From NCBI RefSeq assembly GCF_001652585.1, contig NZ_LWLG01000003.1:1-32000 (forward strand): a stretch of 32,000 nucleotides of DNA. Direction: 5' to 3'. Both the position numbers and the translations under genes were made by a program. Of the stretch, positions 18,346 through 27,032 are shown piece after piece. The notes under the pieces are model-generated. The model had not been told where the DNA came from. It made no database searches and was given only the letters and a program-made list of their open reading frames with translations. This stretch comes from Thermosulfurimonas dismutans. GTDB lineage: Bacteria > Desulfobacterota > Thermodesulfobacteria > Thermodesulfobacteriales > Thermodesulfobacteriaceae. Positions within the stretch are counted from its first letter, which is position 1. Each line of letters begins with the position of its first letter.

Positions 18346-19440
18346 GCTCACCTTAAAATCTTTTGACAACATTAACGAGGCCATAGAGGCACTAATAAAA
18401 CATATCCCTTTAATTTTTTTTGCTATTTTAAATCCTTCATTTCTGTAAGTTGAAAGCATTTCTGCTAATTTCCCTAATTTATCAGTTGATAAAACCATTT
18501 TTACAGCAGTTCCACTAAAAAAATGTCTTAGCTGAAAATGTTTTTTACCATTTTCATTTAATAAAATGCCATGGTCACCACTACAAATAAAAAACTCCCC
18601 TCCATTTCTACAAAGGCGACTTGTCATGTACAAACCAAATCCGGAATTGTGCCAAGGATCATTTCTATTAATTCTTCTCCCCTTGAAAACTTTACCAGAT
18701 ATACCAGGTAGCAAGGCCTGTTGAATTGCATCTGAGTGAGATTCTATTTTTAGATAAGGATTACTAGATAAGGCCTTTTTAATCCCTTTACCTGAGTCCA
18801 GTATTGCTATTTCCGCTTTATGATATTGTGGCCAATATTGAGCGCAGTACCATAGGTCAGGGGAATCGCTATGTTCTAAAATATTTCTTAGTATTTCTCT
18901 CAATGAATATGTTATTGTTTCAGCTAAATTTCCATATTTTTGCTGAGTTAATCTTATTGCTAACTCTTCAGATTTTGACTCTATAATTTGTTGGACTGGT
19001 GCCAAATTATCTTTAGCTTCTTTTTCAATATCCGATAACTTCCAAGAAGTTACTGGAAGATATGTACTACTCCCAAATGCTTCACCTGGTTTTTTACCGT
19101 GATCTAGATAAAAAGCCTTAAAAAAGCCCATATGGGCTGCATAATTTTTATTTTGATGGTTTTTACACCAAATACATCTGTGATCATTGAATTTTGAATA
19201 ATCTCGAATAATTTTGGCTACATAAATCATTGAAAATGGCTCAATTCTCCCCATTTGAGCAAAATCAATTACAACTTTATGATTTCGTGGGATAGAAAAT
19301 AAGTTGTCACAAAAGGCCAATACAGCTTCCAGTGATGGATTTTGCGGAAAATATACCAATGTCTTCATTATATGTTGCCTAACATATCTTTTATGCTTTC
19401 TTGGATAGCCCCCCTCTAAGGCTATATTAAATTTGGCCAT
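18340..19440 (-). CDS. hypothetical GHKL/HATPase-domain protein with STAS-like N-terminal region (integron cassette A)
   Basis: 366 aa. N-box-like LREILRNILEHS, G1 ILDSGKGI, G2 NSGFGLYM. The N-terminal KVVIDFAQMGRIEPFSMIYVAKIIRDY looks like an anti-sigma-antagonist (STAS) fold. An alternative start is M25 (19368), just after a GTTAGGC core. Confidence 0.8.
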   Translation of the reverse strand: MAKFNIALEGGYPRKHKRYVRQHIMKTLVYFPQNPSLEAVLAFCDNLFSIPRNHKVVIDFAQMGRIEPFSMIYVAKIIRDYSKFNDHRCIWCKNHQNKNYAAHMGFFKAFYLDHGKKPGEAFGSSTYLPVTSWKLSDIEKEAKDNLAPVQQIIESKSEELAIRLTQQKYGNLAETITYSLREILRNILEHSDSPDLWYCAQYWPQYHKAEIAILDSGKGIKKALSSNPYLKIESHSDAIQQALLPGISGKVFKGRRINRNDPWHNSGFGLYMTSRLCRNGGEFFICSGDHGILLNENGKKHFQLRHFFSGTAVKMVLSTDKLGKLAEMLSTYRNEGFKIAKKIKGICFISASMASLMLSKDFKVST

Positions 19441-19622
19441 ATATCAGAACTTCGCCAAAGTCAAACAGCTTTTTCAATAATTTTTTATGAAAAATTTTTT
19501 ATTTTTAAAATTTTAAAAGATTATTTAGAAATATCTTAAATAAAGAGCTTAAATCTCTCCAAAAAGGATGGTAGCTTTTTATGTAAACTTGAGAGAAGTA
19601 ATATAATTTTCTAATATTCCCT

Positions 19623-20215
19623 TTGGCGTGTAAGCAAAAATGGAAAAGGATAACTTATCTAGCCGTGGAAAGAAACGTGGCGCCCTCTACCCAGAACCAG
19701 GCCTTGAATGCCTTGCTCTTTTTCTACCGTAAGGTCCTCGAAAAAGACATCGCTTCATACATCGAGGCCGTAAAGGCCCGGGAGAGGCCAAGGTTTCCGG
19801 TGGTGCTTTCCGAGCTTGAGGAGACCTATTATCTAGTTTGTGTCCTGATGTACGGAGGAGGTCGCCTAGGAAGCCAGGCGGTAAGATTGTGCGTGAAAGA
19901 TCTTGATCTCGAACGAGGGCTTGTAACGGTCTATTCGGGGAAGGGTGATCGGGACCGGATAACCGTTTTTCCCAAGAGGCTTGTTCTGGAATTTGAAAAT
20001 TACTCGCCAGGGTGCGTAAAATCTACGAGCAGGGTTGGCGGACGGAGGGCGGCGGGGGGCCGCGGTGGTTAGTCAGCTGGATCGCTGAAGGGTTCTTTAG
20101 GGCCGGTTTTTTTCGGTTGAAGGGGCCATCGGCCCCGAATAGAATGTCCCTAGGGTCGGCTCTTCCTATACCCAGGGGTAAAAAGGCTTCAAGGAAATTC
20201 TTTGCGGAGCGTTCG
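19623..20215 (+). pseudogene. intI: integron integrase (IntI-like tyrosine recombinase) remnant, 5'- and 3'-truncated and frameshifted
   Basis: LAVERNVAPSTQNQALNALLFFYRKVL...RFPVVLS...RLCVKDLDLERGLVTVYSGKGDRDRITVFP is colinear with IntI1 (STHRQALAALLFFYGKVL...[24 protein letters not shown]). The reading frame switches near 20005 (VRKIYEQ...EGGGG continues in another frame). The ~55 N-terminal aa and the whole catalytic C-terminal half are absent. Confidence 0.75.
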
Positions 20216-20218
20216 AGC

Positions 20219-21685
20219 ATGGGTAAAGATCCCGGTGGGCAGGTCGGAGGGCTTCTTTCGTATCTGGCGCTGAAAGAATCTCTGGCTGAAATCCAAAACT
20301 TTTTGCAGGAGCTGGCCAGGAGGGGCGAGGTTTATGTCACCGGAGGAGCGGTAAGGGATATCCTGCGGGGAGATAGGGTAGGAGACCTGGACCTCACGGT
20401 GGTGGATCTCTCTCCGCGAGAGGTGGCGGAGGAGGCCGCAAGGAGGCTTTCCTGGGCTCTGGTTCCGCTTCACGAGGAGTTCGGAGTCTTCCGGGTGGCG
20501 CGCGGGAGTTTTAGCCTGGATATTTCCGGCCTTCGTCCCGGGGCTATGAATATTGAGGACGATCTTCGGTTGAGGGACTTTTCCTTCAATGCCCTGGCAG
20601 TTCCTCTTTCTAAAGCCCTTGAGAGATCGCCTTCGGAGTGGCCTCTTCTTGATCCCTGCCAAGGGCTTCGGGATCTTAAAGCTGGTCTGATCCGGGCTAT
20701 CTCTCGACAAAATCTTATAGATGATCCCTTGAGGATCTTAAGGGCCTATCGTTTTTACGCCTTGGGATTCGGAGAAATAGAGGCGGAGACCCGGAGGTGG
20801 CTTTCGGCAGAAAGGGCAAGGCTTTCGAAGGTAGCCCGGGAGCGCATTCTCTATGAGCTTATGCTCATTCTCGGCCGAATGGCTGGAGAGGCCTTTTCCC
20901 TTATGGCCGAAGACGAGGTTCTCTTCGAGATCTTTCCCGAATTCGCGGAAGCCCGGGGGGTGCCCCAACCCTCCTTCCATCACCTGGATGTTCTGGGCCA
21001 CAGCCTTCTCGCCCTCGCAAGAGCCGAGGAGGTCCTGCGGGCCCCGGGTAAGTTTTTCGGGGATCCCGAACCCTTCGCGGAACTTCTCTCAGACCCCGAG
21101 CGAAGGATAGCCGTCAAATTGGCCGCCCTTTTTCACGACCTCGGGAAACCGAGAACTTTTGCCGTTCGGGACCGGATCACCTTTTACGAACACGAAAAAG
21201 TGGGGGCCCGGATCTTTCTTGAGATGGCGGAACGATTGCGTTTCAAGAAGGATCTCGCTAAAAGGGTAGCCCATCTCATCCGGAACCACATGCGGCCCTT
21301 TCATTTACTTGCTGAAAAAGAAAAAGGCCGACTTACAGCCAGGGCCAAGAGGAGGCTTTTGAGGGATGTTCCAGAGTATCCCGATCTCTTTGTGGTGGCC
21401 ATGGCAGATGGTCTGGCGGCGAGAGGTCCGGACAAGGACCCAGACGAAGAGGAAAAACTTGCAGAATTTTTTAGGGAACTCCACGAGTTTTACCGAGAAA
21501 CCTTGCGGAAGGTGGAGAGGAAGAGACTGGTTACCGGCCGTGACCTCATAGAGATCTTCGGACTTGCGCCTGGTCCCATCTTCCGGAAACTCCTTGAAGC
21601 CGTAGAGGAGGCCCAGGTTGAGGGCCGGGTAAAGACCCGCGAAGAGGCCCTGGAGTATATCGCCGGAATCATAGATACCTTATAG
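20219..21685 (+). CDS. cca: CCA-adding tRNA nucleotidyltransferase (PolyA-pol head plus HD domain)
   Basis: GGAVRDILRGDRVGDLDL head motif, RLRDFSFNA, HD-domain HHLDVLGHSL...ALFHDLGKP. The track ORF starts at 20012, but its first 69 aa read through intI debris. ATG 20219 (or 20144) is the likely start. Confidence 0.85.
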   Translation: MGKDPGGQVGGLLSYLALKESLAEIQNFLQELARRGEVYVTGGAVRDILRGDRVGDLDLTVVDLSPREVAEEAARRLSWALVPLHEEFGVFRVARGSFSLDISGLRPGAMNIEDDLRLRDFSFNALAVPLSKALERSPSEWPLLDPCQGLRDLKAGLIRAISRQNLIDDPLRILRAYRFYALGFGEIEAETRRWLSAERARLSKVARERILYELMLILGRMAGEAFSLMAEDEVLFEIFPEFAEARGVPQPSFHHLDVLGHSLLALARAEEVLRAPGKFFGDPEPFAELLSDPERRIAVKLAALFHDLGKPRTFAVRDRITFYEHEKVGARIFLEMAERLRFKKDLAKRVAHLIRNHMRPFHLLAEKEKGRLTARAKRRLLRDVPEYPDLFVVAMADGLAARGPDKDPDEEEKLAEFFRELHEFYRETLRKVERKRLVTGRDLIEIFGLAPGPIFRKLLEAVEEAQVEGRVKTREEALEYIAGIIDTL

Positions 21686-21692
21686 ACCTCCT

Positions 21693-23249
21693 TCATTTTA
21701 GGGGTGGTCGGCCACGGCGGATGGGGAAGTGGTTTTCGAGTGCCAGCTTCTTGATACGGTAGCGGAGTTGTCGGAAGGTAAGCCCTAGTTCCCGGGCCGC
21801 ACGGGCGATAACAAAGTTGTTACGGCGCAAGGCCTCCAAGATTTCGTCAGCGGAAGGTTCTTTTAAAAAGACCTCGGTGGTTAGGTTCCTCCTCTTTCCA
21901 CCATTCTTAAGATTTTCTTCAAGACTCAAAAGCTGGGAAACCAAGGCCTCAGGTACCAGGTTTTCCTCAGCCACGATAAAAAGCCTTTCAAGGACATTCT
22001 CTAGCTCTCGCACATTTCCAGGCCAGGGATATTCTACCAGTTTCCGCAAGGCCCCTGGGGAAAGAATCAAGCCTCTTCCATAGGTCTTTTCCATGCGGTG
22101 CAGGAGGAATTTGACCAATCCCGGAATATCCTCTCGTCGCTCACGAAGAGGGGGGATATAGATGGGAAAGACATTGAGCCGGTAGAAAAGATCCTCCCTG
22201 AAGGCCCCTTCGCGGACGAGTTTTTCTAGATCCCGGTTGGTGGCCGCAATGATGCGCACATCCACCCGTCGGGTCCGAGTGCTTCCCAAGCGTTCGAATT
22301 CCCGCTCCTGAATGAAACGCAGGAGTTTGCCCTGAAGCGGTAGCGGCAGTTCCCCGATCTCGTCTAGGAAGACCGTGCCTCCGTCAGCGAGCTCCAGGCG
22401 TCCGGGCTTGCTGCGATCTGCCCCGGTAAAGGCCCCTCGTTCGTAACCGAAAAGTTCAGCCTCAAGGAGATTTTCCGGAAGGGCGGCGCAGTTAACTTTC
22501 ACGAAAGGCTTTCCGCGTCTGGGGCTGAGTTCATGTATGAGTCTGGCCGTAAGGGTTTTACCTGTGCCGGATTCCCCGAGTAGCAACACCGTGGCCCGAG
22601 CTGGAGCTACCTGTTTCACCAGGCTCAAGACCTCTTTCATCTTCGGGCTACGAGACCCATACATGAACTCACTGAAGCGGGCCTTAAGTTCGTCCCTTAA
22701 GGCCAAGTTTTCCTCCCGGAGGTGGGTCTCCCGGGCCTCCACGCTCCTTTTGAGCTTCACAAACTGGGCAATCAGAAAGGCCATGACCTCTAGGAACTTC
22801 ACGTCCTCCTCAAGGGCCACCTGGTAGCTGAAGAGCCTATCCACCCATAGGACACCCAAGGTTTCATGCTCGGCCCGGATGGGCACTGCGATAAAGGAAA
22901 TCACCTCCTTGGTAAGGCGCCGGGCACCGGTGCGGTTTAAAAAGAGCGGCTCTTGGCTCACATCGGAGACTATGCAGGGTTCCCCGGTAGCAAAGACCCT
23001 CCCGGTCACGCCTTCCCCGATTTCATAAATCCCCTGCGCCTCTTCTTCCGGACTCAAGCCATAGGAAGCCTTAATCTTCAAGTGTCCTGAAGCCTCGTCC
23101 CATAGGACTATGGAAGCCCTTTTCATATCGAGCTTTTCCGCCAGGATACGGAGGATCCTGCGTAGGGTTTCCTCAAGCTCTAGGGCCTGTCCTATAAGTT
23201 CATGGGTGGCGTAAAGAACTTCTAATTTTAGGGCTTCTAGATTTTTCAT
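21693..23249 (-). CDS. nifA: sigma-54-dependent transcriptional activator, NifA-like (GAF + AAA+ + HTH)
   Basis: 518 aa. N-terminal GAF, Walker A GESGTGKT, sigma-54 contact loop ELFGYERGAFTGA, C-terminal HTH AARELGLTFRQLRYRIKKL. Sits in a nif cluster downstream of nifV. The symbol rests on context. Confidence 0.8.
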   Translation of the reverse strand: MKNLEALKLEVLYATHELIGQALELEETLRRILRILAEKLDMKRASIVLWDEASGHLKIKASYGLSPEEEAQGIYEIGEGVTGRVFATGEPCIVSDVSQEPLFLNRTGARRLTKEVISFIAVPIRAEHETLGVLWVDRLFSYQVALEEDVKFLEVMAFLIAQFVKLKRSVEARETHLREENLALRDELKARFSEFMYGSRSPKMKEVLSLVKQVAPARATVLLLGESGTGKTLTARLIHELSPRRGKPFVKVNCAALPENLLEAELFGYERGAFTGADRSKPGRLELADGGTVFLDEIGELPLPLQGKLLRFIQEREFERLGSTRTRRVDVRIIAATNRDLEKLVREGAFREDLFYRLNVFPIYIPPLRERREDIPGLVKFLLHRMEKTYGRGLILSPGALRKLVEYPWPGNVRELENVLERLFIVAEENLVPEALVSQLLSLEENLKNGGKRRNLTTEVFLKEPSADEILEALRRNNFVIARAARELGLTFRQLRYRIKKLALENHFPIRRGRPPLK

Positions 23250-23274
23250 TTTTTACACTTTTGTTAAATAAAAT

Positions 23275-24381
23275 CTAACAAATGTTAAACCAGTATATCC
23301 TAACCAACTTTTCCACTTCCTGTTTATTTAGCGGCCGGCCTAGTTTAGAGGAGAGTTTGCGGACCTTTTTTACCAGGCTTTCGAGCTGCTCTTCAGGGAA
23401 TTCAAGTTTCCACTCCTTAAACAAGGCCTTCAGGGCCGCCCGTCCGCTTTTGGCCCCGAGCGATAGTTCCCTCTTCAGTCCCAGGGCTTCCGGGGGAAAA
23501 GGTTCATAGAGTTCTGGGGCCTTTTTGAGACCTTCCACATGAAGGCCACTTTCGCAGTAAAAGAGTTTCCGGCCTACTACAGGCCTGAATTCTGGAATAA
23601 CCTCACCGGCTTGCCAGGCTACATAATGAGAAAGTTTCGGAAGAAGCTCTATACGATAGTGCTTCTGACCTTTTCGGAAATAGAGATAGGCCAGCACCTC
23701 TTCAAGGGAGGCAATGCCGGCCCTCTCCCCTAGTCCCAGAACACTTACATCCACCCAGTCGGCTCCGGCGGCAAGGGCAGAGACGGCGTTGGCTGTGGCT
23801 AGGCCGAAATCATTGTGGCCGTGAAACCCTATTTCGGTTTCTGGAAAAGCCTTCTTGAGGGCCCGGATGAGTTCCGCTACCTCCAAGGGATTGAAAAGCC
23901 CTAGGGTATCCGAGATCCTTATCCTTTGTGCCCCGGATGAAATGGCCACTCTACAAATTTGAAAAATAAAAATCCTGTCAGCCCGAGAAGCGTCCTCAAG
24001 CCCCAGGGTGACGCATGGAGAGTATCTCGCGGCTAGCGATATCATCTCCTCCGTCTTTTTAAGAAGGACCTCGGGATCTAAACGAAGCCGGCGTTTGAGC
24101 TGGATATCCGAAACTGGTACTCCAAGATTAAATCCCACTTCCGGCAACCGGGCGGCCTTCTCTATATCTTCTTTTTTTAAACGCAACCATACGCTGAATC
24201 TCACTCTCTTAGACACCCTACGGGCGGAAAGGATCAGAACCCGCAGCCTTTCCTCTCCCACCACTCCGAGCTCCACTTCCTCAACCCCCAGATCCGCAAG
24301 ACGCCTCACAATTTCCCTCCTCACCCTGAACGGAAAATACACCCCCCAGCGCTGAGTCCCCTCCCTTATGGTGGTGTCCAT
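23275..24381 (-). CDS. nifV: homocitrate synthase family protein (NifV-like)
   Basis: DTTIREGTQ...GVEEVELG...LGLEDASRAD...HGHNDFGLATANAVSALAAGADWVDVSVLGLGERAG, colinear with NifV. I prefer ATG 24381 (MDTTIREG, GGTGATGAGG Shine-Dalgarno) over the track's 24396 because of the promoter position. Confidence 0.8.
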   Translation of the reverse strand: MDTTIREGTQRWGVYFPFRVRREIVRRLADLGVEEVELGVVGEERLRVLILSARRVSKRVRFSVWLRLKKEDIEKAARLPEVGFNLGVPVSDIQLKRRLRLDPEVLLKKTEEMISLAARYSPCVTLGLEDASRADRIFIFQICRVAISSGAQRIRISDTLGLFNPLEVAELIRALKKAFPETEIGFHGHNDFGLATANAVSALAAGADWVDVSVLGLGERAGIASLEEVLAYLYFRKGQKHYRIELLPKLSHYVAWQAGEVIPEFRPVVGRKLFYCESGLHVEGLKKAPELYEPFPPEALGLKRELSLGAKSGRAALKALFKEWKLEFPEEQLESLVKKVRKLSSKLGRPLNKQEVEKLVRIYWFNIC

Positions 24382-24405
24382 GAGCCTCATCACCAAAAAT
24401 AAAAT

Positions 24406-24420
24406 GCAAAAAACATTCCA
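24406..24420 (-). promoter_or_regulatory. candidate sigma-54 promoter for nifV-nifA
   Basis: Minus-strand read TGGAAT-GTTTT-TTGCA (GG-N10-GC spacing correct; -24 box off consensus). It would place +1 about 12-15 nt before ATG 24381. Confidence 0.5.
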
Positions 24421-24485
24421 CTTTTTAAGAAACTTGCAAATCCTACAAATTAAACTCGCAAAACCTACCAGTCGGTTTTTGGTGA

Positions 24486-25421
<936 letters not shown>

Positions 25422-25451
25422 CAGGCCGGAAATCTCCTAAGGAGGCAAATC

Positions 25452-25769
25452 ATGAAGATGATCAAAGCCGTAATAAGACCGGAAAAGACGGAAGAGGTGG
25501 TGGAGGCCCTGGCTCAGGAGGGCTTTCTGGCCCTAACCAGGGTGGACGTAGTAGGACGAGGAAAGCAGGGGGGCCTTACGGTGGGAGAGGTGGTTTACGA
25601 CGAGCTCCCCAAAAGCCTCCTTCTCCTGGTGGTTCCGGACGAAGAGGTCGAGCGGGTCTGTACCACCATTATGGAGGCCGCCCGCACCGGGCGCTTCGGA
25701 GATGGCAAGATCTTTGTCTCGCCGGTGGAAGAGGCCTATACCATCCGCACCGGAAAGGCCGAACTCTAG
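25452..25769 (+). CDS. nifI1: PII-family nitrogenase regulator NifI1
   Basis: 105 aa; MKMIKAVIRPEK...VVGRGKQGG...GDGKIFVSPVEEAYTIRTG (PII fold). Directly follows nifH. Confidence 0.9.
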   Translation: MKMIKAVIRPEKTEEVVEALAQEGFLALTRVDVVGRGKQGGLTVGEVVYDELPKSLLLLVVPDEEVERVCTTIMEAARTGRFGDGKIFVSPVEEAYTIRTGKAEL

Positions 25770-25779
25770 GAGGTGAATC

Positions 25780-26157
25780 ATGGCCTTAAAGGAGATTATA
25801 GCCATTGTGAGACCCAACAAAATGCTTGCCACCAAGAAGGCCCTCGAGGAGATGGGATTTCCCTCCTTTACGGCCTTTAAGGTGCTTGGCCGAGGGAAAC
25901 AGGGAGGGAGGCTTAAGGAACTCGCCTATAGGGTAAGCCCTGAAGTGGCCGAAAAGCTCGAGACTTCCTCTTATGGTTTCATACCCAAAAGGCTCCTTTT
26001 GGTAGTGGTGCCGGAGGCCATGGTCCCCAAGGTAGTGGAAAGAATTATTCGAGTAAATCAGAGCGGTGAGCACGGAGACGGCAAGATCTTTGTGCTCCCG
26101 ATGGAAGGGGTCTTTAGAGTCCGCACCGGTGAGGAGGGCCTTGAGGCCCTTTTCTAA
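25780..26157 (+). CDS. nifI2: PII-family nitrogenase regulator NifI2
   Basis: 125 aa; second PII paralogue with a longer T-loop region (GRGKQGGRLKELAYRVSPEVAEKLETSSYGFIPKR); GDGKIFVLPMEGVFRVRTGE. Confidence 0.9.
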   Translation: MALKEIIAIVRPNKMLATKKALEEMGFPSFTAFKVLGRGKQGGRLKELAYRVSPEVAEKLETSSYGFIPKRLLLVVVPEAMVPKVVERIIRVNQSGEHGDGKIFVLPMEGVFRVRTGEEGLEALF

Positions 26158-26179
26158 GATAGGAAAAGGAGGTTAGCAA

Positions 26180-27013
26180 ATGATCAGACATCCATGTTTT
26201 GATGAGACTGCTCATCGGACAGTAGGAAGACTTCACCTTCCGGTAGCTCCGCGGTGCAATGTGCAGTGTGCCTATTGTGATCGACGGTATCCCTGCGTGA
26301 GTGAAAATCGGCCCGGGACCGCGCGCCGGGTAATCCCTCCTGAAGAGGCTCCAGACTATGTGGAGATGGCCCTTACGCTTGAACCTCGCATAGAGGTGAT
26401 AGGTGTGGCCGGCCCAGGGGATCCGTTGGCTAACGAAGAGACTTTCCGGGCACTCTCACGGGTGCGAGAGGCCTTTCCGAGACTCAAGTTCTGCGTTTCC
26501 ACCAACGGTCTTTTACTCAAAGAAAAACTCCCGGACTTGGTTTCTCTTGGAGTACAGTTTCTTACCGTTACGGTGAACGCTGCCACCCTGGAGACCGCCT
26601 CCAAATTCTACCTTTGGGTGCGTTACCAGGGGAAGAAGCTTACCGGAAAAGAGGCCGCAGAAGCGATTCTTTCTTGCCAGATGGAAGGTTTGAGGGAGGC
26701 TGCCAAGGCGGGTATCCGGATCAAGGTCAACACCGTGCTCGTGCCGGGAATAAATGATGCGGAAGTAGGTGAAATTGCCCGTAGGGTATGGGAGGCCGGG
26801 GCCCATCTCATGAACATCATCCCCCTCATTCCTCTGGGACGTTTTCGTGACCGGCGGCCACCCACGGAGGCCGAACTCCGCTGGGCTAGACGGTTGGCCT
26901 CCCGGTTCATGCCTCAGTTTCTCTCTTGTCGGCGCTGCCGGGCCGATGCCGCTGGTGTTCCAGGTGAAGGCGATTCCTTACAGACAATTCTATGGGCGGC
27001 TGCCATATCTTAA
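26180..27013 (+). CDS. nifB: radical-SAM FeMo-cofactor biosynthesis protein NifB (stand-alone SAM domain, no NifX-like extension)
   Basis: 277 aa. HPCFDETAHRTVGRLHLPVAPRCNVQCAYCDRRYPCVSENRPG matches the NifB N-terminal signature (HPCY...[24 protein letters not shown]). C-terminal CRRCRADAAG. Confidence 0.9.
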   Translation: MIRHPCFDETAHRTVGRLHLPVAPRCNVQCAYCDRRYPCVSENRPGTARRVIPPEEAPDYVEMALTLEPRIEVIGVAGPGDPLANEETFRALSRVREAFPRLKFCVSTNGLLLKEKLPDLVSLGVQFLTVTVNAATLETASKFYLWVRYQGKKLTGKEAAEAILSCQMEGLREAAKAGIRIKVNTVLVPGINDAEVGEIARRVWEAGAHLMNIIPLIPLGRFRDRRPPTEAELRWARRLASRFMPQFLSCRRCRADAAGVPGEGDSLQTILWAAAIS

Positions 27014-27032
27014 AAAATAAAGGAGGGACGCC

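Larger units (their letters stand above)
15393..20215. mobile_element. Decayed chromosomal integron: intI remnant plus minus-strand cassette array bounded by attC-like sites
   Basis: The block is AT-rich and flanked by GC-richer core genes. It contains five GC-rich imperfect palindromes with RYYYAAC / GTTRRRY-like ends. All cargo ORFs are co-oriented and divergent from an integron-integrase-like pseudogene. See findings. Confidence 0.8.

Noticed and set aside
17754-18986. + strand ORFs 17754-17948 and 18804-18986 inside the cassettes.
   Set aside because: They are antisense to well-supported minus-strand genes (LemA, the HATPase protein). They are AT-rich chance ORFs with Leu/Phe/Ile-rich nonsense composition.
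19377-19440. A sixth attC overlapping the 5' end of the 366-aa ORF (GTTAGGC core plus hairpin ATAGCC-N9-GGCTAT plus GGCCAAA).
   Set aside because: The arms are strongly asymmetric (6 nt versus 21 nt) and the putative R'' box is poor. Only the GTTAGGC core is kept, as a hypothesis in the findings.
20012-20218. The 69-aa N-terminal extension of the cca ORF as given in the track (start 20012).
   Set aside because: The extension (MRKIYEQGWRTEGGGG...) is the frameshifted continuation of the intI remnant, not part of a CCA-adding enzyme. The nucleotidyltransferase homology begins after M70 (ATG 20219).
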